Shown: one piece after another, positions 18,815-26,078 of the stretch | How positions within the stretch are numbered: the first letter of the stretch is position 1 | Layout of the letters: every line of letters starts with the position of its first letter | Virus record (IMG/VR): IMGVR_UViG_3300022200_000031 | Span: 1 to 64,000 of that record | Strand: one strand, 5' to 3' | DNA: 64,000 nucleotides | DNA from: a virus | The notes under the pieces: model-generated | The model's input: only the letters and a program-made list of their open reading frames with translations | What the model was told of the DNA's origin: nothing | Databases searched by the model: none | Translations under genes and position numbers: made by a program

Positions 18815-18877
18815 AATTTTCGATCAAATCCAGTGATGATCGATCAAAAATTGGAATCAAAAAACCAAAAATAATGG

Positions 18878-18924
18878 TTGTCTTTTTCTCAGAATGAGGG
18901 ATAATGACCCTGTCAATTGAGAGA
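18878..18924 (+). promoter_or_regulatory. early promoter 1
   Basis: TTGTCT-16 nt-GATAAT with upstream A-tracts; 24-bp ATAATGACCCTGTCAATTGAGAGA identical to 22885-22908. Confidence 0.75.
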
Positions 18925-18934
18925 GGACATCGTT

Positions 18935-19288
18935 ATGAAATATGTGAATTTTGTTACCACTGATGCTGAATTCAAGGGTGCTGTTGTTAAGCAGACCAAG
19001 ACTCACATCAGTATTGATATTGGTAATGGCATCGCTACCCTCCCACTCGAGGAAGGTACTATCCAAAAAGCACGCGCTCCACGAGCAAAGAAAGCTAATG
19101 CCGTGAAGACGGTTCGTGTTCCGCGTGTACGCACTTCTGGTCCTTCTAAGAAGGATGAGGCAATCAAGATCTACCGTGACAATGTAGATGCTGGTAAAGC
19201 TGTGATCATCGATATGTTCATGGCTAACCTTGGTATGTCTAAGGCTGGTGCTACTACTTACTTCTACAACTGCAAGAAAGCTATTTAA
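18935..19288 (+). CDS. early hypothetical protein with C-terminal HTH-like MSKAGATTYFYN
   Basis: GAGG RBS; first gene after early promoter 1. Confidence 0.7.
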   Translation: MKYVNFVTTDAEFKGAVVKQTKTHISIDIGNGIATLPLEEGTIQKARAPRAKKANAVKTVRVPRVRTSGPSKKDEAIKIYRDNVDAGKAVIIDMFMANLGMSKAGATTYFYNCKKAI

Positions 19289-19308
19289 TTATAAAAAGGA
19301 GAGAGATT

Positions 19309-19497
19309 ATGATTACAACTTATTATCCCGTAAAGGTCAAATTGAAAGTAGCTGACCGTCGTTACAAAACTGGCTATCGTGTCGACACTACTTCAGTGTA
19401 CGCACACTATAATCATCCGGGTCGATTCCATCCGGATCTGAATAAGGACATTGCCTGCATCGCAGCAACTTCTGGTAACATTTTGGAGCTTGTATAA
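19309..19497 (+). CDS. early hypothetical protein
   Basis: AAGGAGAGAGATT RBS; DRRYKTGYR motif. Confidence 0.65.
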   Translation: MITTYYPVKVKLKVADRRYKTGYRVDTTSVYAHYNHPGRFHPDLNKDIACIAATSGNILELV

Positions 19498-19679
19498 TGA
19501 CTGTCGATAAACTGATTGCGTCCCTGTCTCTGGAACAGCTGGACGAACTGGCAACTACTTTGGTCTGGCAACATGAAGGTGTTGCTGAGAAGCTGCATGA
19601 CTATATTGGCTATGCTCAGCAGGACAAACATCTTGTTGCGATGGAAGAAGACCGTCAGCGTTGGAGTGAATATCAATGA
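19497..19679 (+). CDS. hypothetical protein
   Basis: TAATG coupling. Confidence 0.6.
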   Translation: MTVDKLIASLSLEQLDELATTLVWQHEGVAEKLHDYIGYAQQDKHLVAMEEDRQRWSEYQ

Positions 19680-19873
19680 AAGCATTACTTGAAACAACTG
19701 ATTGGTCTAAGGCGGAATGTAATGTTCCAAACCATACCTATTATCTGAACGATGATGGTAAGCTGATAGCATACAAGAAGCGTGGCACTGACGAGGTGAT
19801 TACTTTCAAGAAGCCAAGGATGTTTGATCGTCGATATCGGACTTTCAAGACTGTTGACTTTGATCTCTTTTAG
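19676..19873 (+). CDS. hypothetical protein (ETTDW / PNHTY / FDRRYRTF family)
   Basis: ATGA coupling; motif recalled from T4-like phages. Confidence 0.65.
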   Translation: MKALLETTDWSKAECNVPNHTYYLNDDGKLIAYKKRGTDEVITFKKPRMFDRRYRTFKTVDFDLF

Positions 19874-19883
19874 GAGTATAATA

Positions 19884-20195
19884 ATGTCCATGGATCACAC
19901 ACAAGAACTTTTGACTATTACAATGGAAGAGTGCGGCGAGGTTATTCAGGCCGCCTCCAAAGTAATTCGTTTCGGAGTCTCACATGACAATCTTCTTCAT
20001 CTGGAGAAAGAAGTCGGTGACCTCTTTCAGATGTTTGATTTGATGCATGAGTATGATATGATCTCATGGACCAATGTTGAGCGATTCTCTCAGGCTAAGC
20101 GTGAGAAGTTGCGTAGGTACTCCAAGCTGGTTGATCCAGATGGAGATGCTTTTGTGGAAGAGTTTGGTGAGCAATTGGAGCTTGATTTAAAATGA
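19884..20195 (+). CDS. MazG-like all-alpha NTP pyrophosphatase
   Basis: MEECGEVIQAASK...LEKEVGDL (ExxE...ExxD). Confidence 0.7.
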   Translation: MSMDHTQELLTITMEECGEVIQAASKVIRFGVSHDNLLHLEKEVGDLFQMFDLMHEYDMISWTNVERFSQAKREKLRRYSKLVDPDGDAFVEEFGEQLELDLK

Positions 20196-20335
20196 GCAAA
20201 ACATTTATTGTGATTACTGGCATCCTTTACACCTATGTGTTCGTGGACCAATTTGTTAAAGGTAATCATGCTATGGGTATTGCGTATATGGGATACGCGT
20301 TTGCTAACATTGGTTTATGGATGGAAGTAGTATGA
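20192..20335 (+). CDS. 47-aa membrane protein (not in ORF track)
   Basis: MSKTFIVITGILYTYV...GYAFANIGLW; coupled start. Confidence 0.6.
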   Translation: MSKTFIVITGILYTYVFVDQFVKGNHAMGIAYMGYAFANIGLWMEVV

Positions 20336-20496
20336 ACGAAATTATTTCAGCAAAAGATGCTATCATTGCAATCTTTGCCACCGGTGCAGCCATCGGTATG
20401 GGCATTGGTGTAATCTGGGCATTCATTTCAGTTTTTGGCAGGGCCGCTCCTATTATTGCGATCCTTGCCTTCACAGCATTCTTATACTCAATGTAA
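20332..20496 (+). CDS. 54-aa two-TM membrane protein (not in ORF track)
   Basis: Hydrophobic ORF with ATGA coupling. Confidence 0.55.
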   Translation: MNEIISAKDAIIAIFATGAAIGMGIGVIWAFISVFGRAAPIIAILAFTAFLYSM

Positions 20497-20556
20497 TGGG
20501 TATAGAATAACCGTGTCATGGTGACACATTTGTTTAATGAAAAAGGAGACTATATT

Positions 20557-20826
20557 ATGTCAACATTTGTAAGTAAGAAGGCTAAGGCTATTGATTTGAT
20601 GGTAAACAAGGGCCTTGCATTGACCGAAGGTGAACTTGCTAACCGCCTTAACACCTCTGCTGCAGGTGCTCGTGGTGTAATCCGTCAGGTTCGTGCTGAA
20701 GGTTATGCTGTGTACAAGAACAAAGGTACTAAGGATGCGCAGGGTCGCACTCGTGCTGCTCGTTACCGTGTAGGCGCTCCAACCAAGGCGATGGTTGCTG
20801 CATACTACGCTGTGTTCGGTGCATAA
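20557..20826 (+). CDS. winged-helix DNA-binding protein of T4-like phages
   Basis: AAGGAG RBS; LTEGELANRL...VRAEGYAVY..RYRVGAPTKAMVA. Confidence 0.7.
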   Translation: MSTFVSKKAKAIDLMVNKGLALTEGELANRLNTSAAGARGVIRQVRAEGYAVYKNKGTKDAQGRTRAARYRVGAPTKAMVAAYYAVFGA

Positions 20827-20836
20827 GTAAATGCCT

Positions 20837-20857
20837 GCCCCCCTCGGGGGGCCTTTT
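20837..20857 (+). terminator. GC hairpin with T-tract
   Basis: GCCCCC-CTCG-GGGGGC-CTTTT, immediately before tRNA-Arg. Confidence 0.6.
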
Positions 20858-20934
20858 GTCCCCGTAGCTCAACTGGATAGAGCACCGACCTTCTAAGTCG
20901 GTGGTTGCAAGTTCGAGTCTTGCCGGGGGCGCCA
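20858..20934 (+). tRNA. tRNA-Arg(TCT)
   Basis: Cloverleaf; CCGAC-CTTCTAA-GTCGG; GTTCGAG; encoded CCA. Confidence 0.95.
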
Positions 20935-20950
20935 TTATAAGTATATACTT

Positions 20951-21026
20951 GCCGGTTTAGCACAGTTGGTAGTGCAACTGCCTTGTAAGCAGTAGGTCCG
21001 CGGTTCGAGTCCGTGAACCGGCACCA
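20951..21026 (+). tRNA. tRNA-Thr(TGT)
   Basis: ACTGC-CTTGTAA-GCAGT; T-loop; CCA. Confidence 0.95.
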
Positions 21027-21103
21027 CGGGGATTAGCTCAGCCTGGTAGAGCATCTGGTTTGGGACCAGAGGGTCGTAGGTTCGAATCCTGCATCCCCGA
21101 CCA
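21027..21103 (+). tRNA. tRNA-Pro(TGG)
   Basis: TCTGG-TTTGGGA-CCAGA; GGTTCGAATCC; CCA; zero spacer after tRNA-Thr. Confidence 0.95.
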
Positions 21104-21134
21104 ATTCGATCATCCGCGATTGGATGATAGGCAA

Positions 21135-21278
21135 GGGGCTCTAGCTGATCGGGGTTCCGAGCTGATGGTGAATCGACACCATAGTTGATCAGATATACCT
21201 ATGTTGGCTGTCGGCATAGGATGAATTCAAATCTCTTCGTTCCTTTAAGGCGAAACTGCGTGGAGATAGGGCAGCCCA
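21135..21278 (+). ncRNA. candidate multibranched stable RNA A
   Basis: Closing GGGCT/AGCCC, internal CTGATC/GATCAG, ATGGTG/CACCAT, CCTATG/CATAGG and ATCTC/GAGAT stems; ends CCA. Confidence 0.45.
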
Positions 21279-21316
21279 TTTTACAGAGCACATTATAACA
21301 ACTTTCGTGTGTTCTC

Positions 21317-21425
21317 TAAAGTGCGTTGGACTTGCTGGATAGGCATTAAGTTGTCGAAGGTGTGAAGCAGAATCTGATTCTGTGGACTGGTCTCTTTTGA
21401 GATTGCCTGAAACCAGCGCACTTTA
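21317..21425 (+). ncRNA. candidate structured RNA B
   Basis: 13-bp closing stem TAAAGTGCGTTGG/CCAGCGCACTTTA with internal hairpins. Confidence 0.5.
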
Positions 21426-21548
21426 TTATTAGTTACCTGTTTTTGGTGATGTCAGGTCTGTCGCCAGCAAGCACTATTAGCCACGATTCAGTTGCGTATG
21501 GAATAGTGCCCAAGAGCGAGATGCAGATAAAAACCATTTTAGATTTTT

Positions 21549-21623
21549 GCGGAAGTAACTCAATGGTAGAGTTTCTGCCTTCCAAGCAGAATGTTGCGAG
21601 TTCGAGTCTCGTCTTCCGCTCCA
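21549..21623 (+). tRNA. tRNA-Gly(TCC)
   Basis: TCTGC-CTTCCAA-GCAGA; GCGGAAG/CTTCCGC acceptor; TCCA end. Confidence 0.95.
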
Positions 21624-21626
21624 CAC

Positions 21627-21700
21627 AGTCCCGGAATGACTCTAAACTTGACCTGGTCGGAGCGAGCCCTGCATCCAGCTCAAGATGTAAAACTGAGCCC
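21627..21700 (+). ncRNA. candidate double-pseudoknot RNA (5' part reminiscent of the manA motif)
   Basis: AGTC/GACT hairpin whose CCGG loop can pair with TCGG; GCATC/GATGT plus GCTCA/TGAGC H-type pseudoknot. Confidence 0.4.
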
Positions 21701-21709
21701 TTTAACAAT

Positions 21710-21784
21710 GTCGTGATAGTGTAATTGGCAGCACAATAGTCTCCAAAACTATTAGTTGAGGTTCGAATCCTTGTCGCGGCGCCA
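21710..21784 (+). tRNA. tRNA-Trp(CCA)
   Basis: ATAGT-CTCCAAA-ACTAT; GGTTCGAATCC; GCCA end. Confidence 0.92.
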
Positions 21785-21797
21785 TACAGGAGTTGAT

Positions 21798-21941
21798 ATG
21801 GAATATCTTGACTTGCAGGTGATTGCCTTAAATCGTAAGTTGGTATTAAATGAAATACGAAAACTTATAGATAAGCGTGTTGCAGGATATGCAGAATTGA
21901 TTGAAGCTATTGATAAGGAGTTGAAGAAAGCAAATGCTTGA
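21798..21941 (+). CDS. small hypothetical protein
   Basis: AGGAG RBS before ATG 21798. Confidence 0.55.
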   Translation: MEYLDLQVIALNRKLVLNEIRKLIDKRVAGYAELIEAIDKELKKANA

Positions 21942-22119
21942 GCACATTGGTACTGTACGGAATCATTTATTTTATATCAACACTAAATACGGTACATACG
22001 CTGTCTACAAAGATGGTAAGTGCATAGCCAACCCTTCAACAATAGAAAGACTGTTTGACATCATGTCATCGGTTGGCAGAACAAGAAGACCTAACAACGA
22101 GAACTACGATGAGCTTTGA
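21934..22119 (+). CDS. hypothetical protein
   Basis: Overlapping coupling. Confidence 0.5.
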   Translation: MLEHIGTVRNHLFYINTKYGTYAVYKDGKCIANPSTIERLFDIMSSVGRTRRPNNENYDEL

Positions 22120-22354
22120 TTTCGATTTTGGCTTTACAGCTGTAGATGAAGATGAACTGGAGGTAGCCCAGCAAGCGGTTGCTGCATCTCAAACTGCTTC
22201 TGATACTGCTGATAAACTTAACAACCTATATAATGCAATTCTTCCATTGCTTTCAAACCTGAAGAAGAATCCAGAAAAGGATTATATCTTTTGGCCTAAC
22301 CGTGTTGCAAAAGTAGAAGAGTTTGAGGAGTACATTGCAAGCATAATCAAATGA
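22109..22354 (+). CDS. conserved T4-like hypothetical protein
   Basis: FDFGFTAVDEDEL / PLLSNLKKNPEKDYIFWPNR. Confidence 0.75.
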   Translation: MSFDFDFGFTAVDEDELEVAQQAVAASQTASDTADKLNNLYNAILPLLSNLKKNPEKDYIFWPNRVAKVEEFEEYIASIIK

Positions 22355-22815
22355 TCCAGTCGTTTGTAGCATTACTGCTTGCCTCTTTTATTATGATGTC
22401 TGATGATTTCACATTCAAAGAGTACATCCATTCCGATACCGCCAATCGGCTCGGTATCTCCAATGTGCCTGATGCTGAACAGGTTGCTCGAGCAAAACAA
22501 CTGTTCATGAAGGTAGTCCAACCAATCCGTGACAAATATGGTCCAGTCCAAATCACCAGTGGGTTCAGAAACAAAAAGTTGAATGATGCGGTCGGTGGTG
22601 TATCCGATTCTCAGCATATGACTGGTGAAGCAGTTGATCTCAAGATCAACGGAGTTGATCACTATCAAGTCTGTCAATGGATTCAGAATAATCTAATATT
22701 CGACCAATTAATCCTTGAACCGGGCTGGATTCATGTGTCATATTCTACCGTCAAAAACCGCAGAGAGACGTTGACGGTAAAACAAGGAGTTACATACTCC
22801 GGGCTGATCCGCTGA
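22351..22815 (+). CDS. peptidase M15A (Zn peptidoglycan peptidase), candidate endolysin
   Basis: ITSGFR, SQH..GEAVD, WIHVS; hydrophobic N-terminus. Confidence 0.85.
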   Translation: MIQSFVALLLASFIMMSDDFTFKEYIHSDTANRLGISNVPDAEQVARAKQLFMKVVQPIRDKYGPVQITSGFRNKKLNDAVGGVSDSQHMTGEAVDLKINGVDHYQVCQWIQNNLIFDQLILEPGWIHVSYSTVKNRRETLTVKQGVTYSGLIR

Positions 22816-22818
22816 TCG

Positions 22819-22908
22819 AAAATTTCTATCAAAAATCCCAAAATAATCCAAAATTAGCTGTTGCCTTTTAGCCCAGAATCTGATATAATGACCCTGTCAA
22901 TTGAGAGA
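22819..22908 (+). promoter_or_regulatory. early promoter 2 with phased A-tract UP element
   Basis: TTGCCT(22861)-17 nt-TATAAT(22884) with extended TG; A-tracts at 22819, 22831, 22840, 22850. Confidence 0.85.
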
Positions 22909-22925
22909 ACAACTGGAGAGAAATT

Positions 22926-23090
22926 ATGAGCAAAATGAGCAACAAAGTTCTTGAGATCCAAGAACTCCTCGAAACCTACTACGGTGCACCCAATGGTCTG
23001 ACTCTGGAAGAGATTGCCGAGAAGGCCGAAGTGCCTCTGGATTGGGTTGAGGTTGAATACGAAGCTATGATTGAAGATTTGTACGCGTAA
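22926..23090 (+). CDS. 54-aa early protein, HTH-like (not in ORF track)
   Basis: GGAGAG RBS; MSKMSNKVLEIQELL..LTLEEIAEKAEVPLDWV. Confidence 0.7.
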   Translation: MSKMSNKVLEIQELLETYYGAPNGLTLEEIAEKAEVPLDWVEVEYEAMIEDLYA

Positions 23091-23100
23091 GGAGAGAGAT

Positions 23101-23286
23101 ATGAATACACACGCCCTTTTAAATGATTTGATTCAAAAACAGTACGATGCACACAAGACCTATGCTTACACAGCTGGGTACATGCAGACCACTGTCGATT
23201 GGATGTTAATGGATATGCCTAAGAAGGCTCGTGAAAAGTGGATCAACCAGTTCAAGACTGATCTGGCTCGTCTGCAAGGAGTTTAA
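23101..23286 (+). CDS. early hypothetical protein
   Basis: AAGGAGAGAGAT RBS; YAYTAGYMQ motif. Confidence 0.65.
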   Translation: MNTHALLNDLIQKQYDAHKTYAYTAGYMQTTVDWMLMDMPKKAREKWINQFKTDLARLQGV

Positions 23287-23288
23287 TC

Positions 23289-23456
23289 ATGCGTGGTTCA
23301 ATTCGAATTGTTCTTGGTTTGGTAATGTTTTGGTTTGCTGTTATTGGCATGATGAGTGCTACTGAAGCATGGCAGTGGATTGTTTCTGCTGTGATGGTAT
23401 TACCGATCAGTGTATTGGTGATCTACTCTGTGTTTGAAGAATACTTGGAGAAGTAA
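23289..23456 (+). CDS. 55-aa two-TM membrane protein (not in ORF track)
   Basis: MRGSIRIVLGLVMFWFAVIG... Confidence 0.55.
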   Translation: MRGSIRIVLGLVMFWFAVIGMMSATEAWQWIVSAVMVLPISVLVIYSVFEEYLEK

Positions 23457-23457
23457 G

Positions 23458-23616
23458 ATGATGGATTGGCGTGAATATGCACTTGAGTCTGTTGACATGG
23501 GAATCATTAGCAAGGATGCTTTAATCTTGGCCTGTATCCAATATATGAGCCAGGATGAGGTCCGTGATATGTTAGTGATTAATGAATTTATTCCTGAAGA
23601 GGAGGAAGCAGCATGA
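23458..23616 (+). CDS. hypothetical protein
   Basis: ACIQYMSQDEVRDML..NEF motif. Confidence 0.6.
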   Translation: MMDWREYALESVDMGIISKDALILACIQYMSQDEVRDMLVINEFIPEEEEAA

Positions 23617-23879
23617 CATTCTCGACCCAAAGCTCGAGCAAGGCTCGTTTGAAGAACGACACTCTTGGAGATGAAGCACTCAAGCAGTTGTACACTAACT
23701 ACGAAGTACTTGGCGTAGAGGAGTTTCGTGAATTCTGTATTAGTATGGTTCAGTCTGGTGGTGGTCATCAACCAACCAAGGACAAGTTGATTAATGCGAT
23801 TCGTACTACGAACGCCAAGCAAGTTATGATGAAGAAGGCTCAGGACTTCACTCTGGCTGGAATGGGGTTGGGTGTATGA
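23613..23879 (+). CDS. hypothetical protein
   Basis: ATGA coupling. Confidence 0.6.
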   Translation: MTFSTQSSSKARLKNDTLGDEALKQLYTNYEVLGVEEFREFCISMVQSGGGHQPTKDKLINAIRTTNAKQVMMKKAQDFTLAGMGLGV

Positions 23880-24097
23880 GTAACCAGCGTCCAGGAAAGT
23901 GGAAGCCAGCTGCCCTTGATGGGGGTAGCCTGACTGGTGGACCTATGCGCCAACTTGAGTTCTTCAAAGGATGTAAGGAAGTCCTCGAGCGCTATGGCCA
24001 TGAGGAAGCTGCTTTTTATTTTGAGCAGTGTGAGTCATGGATCCGTGAGGGTAAGGACTTATTTCATGAGAAACCATCAAAGGTGTTAGGTGTTTAG
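23876..24097 (+). CDS. hypothetical protein
   Basis: ATGA coupling; MSNQRPGKWKPA. Confidence 0.6.
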   Translation: MSNQRPGKWKPAALDGGSLTGGPMRQLEFFKGCKEVLERYGHEEAAFYFEQCESWIREGKDLFHEKPSKVLGV

Positions 24098-24287
24098 ACA
24101 TAGAACGAATGGGTACCGTGTACTCCTTTCTAAAGACAGAAAGGAGCATACATGGGATTATGATCGATTGTGGGAAGCAGAGAACCATTATCAGCAGTTG
24201 ACTGATTATGATGTTTGTATGATACTAGCGCTTTCACCAATCAATGTGAAACTTGTACAGGAGAAGAGGAATGCCACAGTTGCGTAA
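24090..24287 (+). CDS. hypothetical protein
   Basis: Coupled ORF. Confidence 0.45.
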   Translation: MFRHRTNGYRVLLSKDRKEHTWDYDRLWEAENHYQQLTDYDVCMILALSPINVKLVQEKRNATVA

Positions 24288-24459
24288 GAAGTTAAGCTAC
24301 AAGAGTAAGAAACTTGTTAAGAATATGAATGAGGACCAGCGCCTAATGAAATCAATGGGTGCATTCTCAGAAGAGTCAATGTATATGAGTGACTATGAGG
24401 TCAAAGAAGTTATCCGTAACGAATTTGGCTTTGGTGAAGGCTTTAATAGTGATTGGTGA
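24271..24459 (+). CDS. hypothetical protein
   Basis: GAGG RBS before ATG 24271. Confidence 0.5.
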   Translation: MPQLRKKLSYKSKKLVKNMNEDQRLMKSMGAFSEESMYMSDYEVKEVIRNEFGFGEGFNSDW

Positions 24460-24462
24460 TTT

Positions 24463-24960
24463 ATGAAAGTTTATATTGGACCGTTCCCCGAAGATGTTAA
24501 TGAAGATCGTGTAGAAGAGATTGAGATCCATGACTACGATACATGGTCCATGGACTACACTCTTGCTCTGATCATCCTTCCAATGCTTCGTCAGCTTCAC
24601 CTGACCAAGCATGGAGCTCCGTATGTAGATCCGGATGATGTTCCGATCACATACAAGCCGACAGATGCTCCCTCCGATGATAATAATTGGGTGGACAATA
24701 CTCACTTCCGTCGCTGGGACTGGGTGCTGGGTGAAATGATCTTTGCATTTGAGAACAAGGTTGCTGATGATTGGGAAGATCAGTTCTGGACTGGTGAGCA
24801 TGACTACCAGTGGAAGGAGCTGGAGGATGGAACCTCTGAGATGTACGAAGGTCCGAACCATACAGCTAAGTGCGACTGGGAAGGACGAGCTAAGTACCAA
24901 AAGCGAATCACTAATGGGTTCCGTCTGTTTGGTAAGTACTATGAAAACCTTTGGGATTAA
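24463..24960 (+). CDS. conserved phage hypothetical protein
   Basis: MKVYIGP / DTWSMDYTLA / RWDWVLGEMIFAF / GFRLFGKYY..LWD. Confidence 0.75.
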   Translation: MKVYIGPFPEDVNEDRVEEIEIHDYDTWSMDYTLALIILPMLRQLHLTKHGAPYVDPDDVPITYKPTDAPSDDNNWVDNTHFRRWDWVLGEMIFAFENKVADDWEDQFWTGEHDYQWKELEDGTSEMYEGPNHTAKCDWEGRAKYQKRITNGFRLFGKYYENLWD

Positions 24961-24962
24961 TT

Positions 24963-25166
24963 ATGGACAGTGTATATATGACTATTCACAACTGTTTGTT
25001 CGATGGTGAAAAACTAGCTAAGATGAAACAAGTAACTCGCCTGGAAGTTATTGATGACACAGGACGAGCCTACACTAAGTACCTCAAAGATGGTGAGAGT
25101 GTCCAGTACAGCCTCCAGGATGATAATCGTACACTAAAGGTGTTCATTGGTAAGGATGAATTATGA
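24963..25166 (+). CDS. hypothetical protein
   Basis: VTRLEVIDDTGRAY..SLQDDNRTLKVF. Confidence 0.6.
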   Translation: MDSVYMTIHNCLFDGEKLAKMKQVTRLEVIDDTGRAYTKYLKDGESVQYSLQDDNRTLKVFIGKDEL

Positions 25167-25341
25167 ACAGAGTACCAGAATGAAACAGATACTCGCACAC
25201 ATCCTGTTCTTTATTGGCGATAAGATCTCATACCCAATGGCAAAGTATGATCTTGGATGGGTGTATCCAATCTACAACTGGTGTATGATCAAGTCTGGTG
25301 AGTTTGATGTGAAGGAAAAGATATGGTCAAAAACTTCATAA
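25156..25341 (+). CDS. hypothetical membrane protein
   Basis: Coupled ORF; YPIYNWCM. Confidence 0.5.
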   Translation: MNYEQSTRMKQILAHILFFIGDKISYPMAKYDLGWVYPIYNWCMIKSGEFDVKEKIWSKTS

Positions 25342-25511
25342 ACTGGTTGAAATATTCTGGTGTATGGTGTACAATTATACTCAATCCTTTCCACTGGAGT
25401 TTCAGTTGGGAGGTAGTGAAGCAGGATCCCCTAAATCCAAAAATGACACAGTTGGATTTTAAACTAGGCCCCGTGCGTTTGTTGATTGTGTTTGATAATG
25501 GAGAATGGTAA
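25323..25511 (+). CDS. hypothetical protein
   Basis: NWLKYSG..NPFHW. Confidence 0.5.
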   Translation: MVKNFINWLKYSGVWCTIILNPFHWSFSWEVVKQDPLNPKMTQLDFKLGPVRLLIVFDNGEW

Positions 25512-25513
25512 TA

Positions 25514-25795
25514 ATGATTAATATGAAACCGATTCAAATGGTATCTGCCCTACGCCAGGGTGTATGTAATGTTCAATTCACAAAGGTGGATGGTGAACAT
25601 CGTGATATGGATTGTACACTGAACTTCAGTCGTATTCCTACTGATAAGGTTCCAAAGACTCAACAGGAAGCACAGGATCTATCTGAGCAGTCAGCACTGA
25701 GAGTGTTTGATGTTAACAAAGGGGAATGGAGATCATTCCGTATCGCCAACGTCAATGCATTCAAGGTGAAAGAACTTGTCGAGACGCCGAACTGA
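25514..25795 (+). CDS. WYL/SH3-like fold protein
   Basis: V.FTKVDG..R.M.CTL and VFDVNKGEWRSFR. Confidence 0.75.
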   Translation: MINMKPIQMVSALRQGVCNVQFTKVDGEHRDMDCTLNFSRIPTDKVPKTQQEAQDLSEQSALRVFDVNKGEWRSFRIANVNAFKVKELVETPN

Positions 25796-26078
25796 TCCAC
25801 TAACCAGAAATGAATTGTTTGATATGCTGAGCGATAAGGTGTGTACTATAAGATACTCACCACCTCGCTCAACAGCAAAGACGATTCGAGCAACACTAAA
25901 GCATGAATGGATTAAAAAGCTAGATAACTTCCCTATCGGATTTGAGTCTATTAGGGAATGTGCTCTTTTTGATCTCCATAGTGTAAATGTGCTTGACATT
26001 GATTCAAATAGATGGGAAAATATCCCTGTAAATAAGATTATCGATTTCATTGTTCCAGGAGATGATAGTGGCTATTAG
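25776..26078 (+). CDS. divergent WYL/SH3-like paralogue
   Basis: IRATLK and VLDIDSNRWENI parallel the upstream gene. Confidence 0.5.
   Translation: MSRRRTDPLTRNELFDMLSDKVCTIRYSPPRSTAKTIRATLKHEWIKKLDNFPIGFESIRECALFDLHSVNVLDIDSNRWENIPVNKIIDFIVPGDDSGY

Noticed and set aside
21135-21278. tmRNA (GGGGCT start, CCA end)
   Set aside because: Too short, with no T-arm and no tag reading frame
21317-21425. Hammerhead ribozyme (GAAAC next to a closing stem)
   Set aside because: No CTGATGA core and no NUH triplet at the required position
20729-21724. ORFs across the tRNA cluster
   Set aside because: They overlap clear tRNAs and structured RNA
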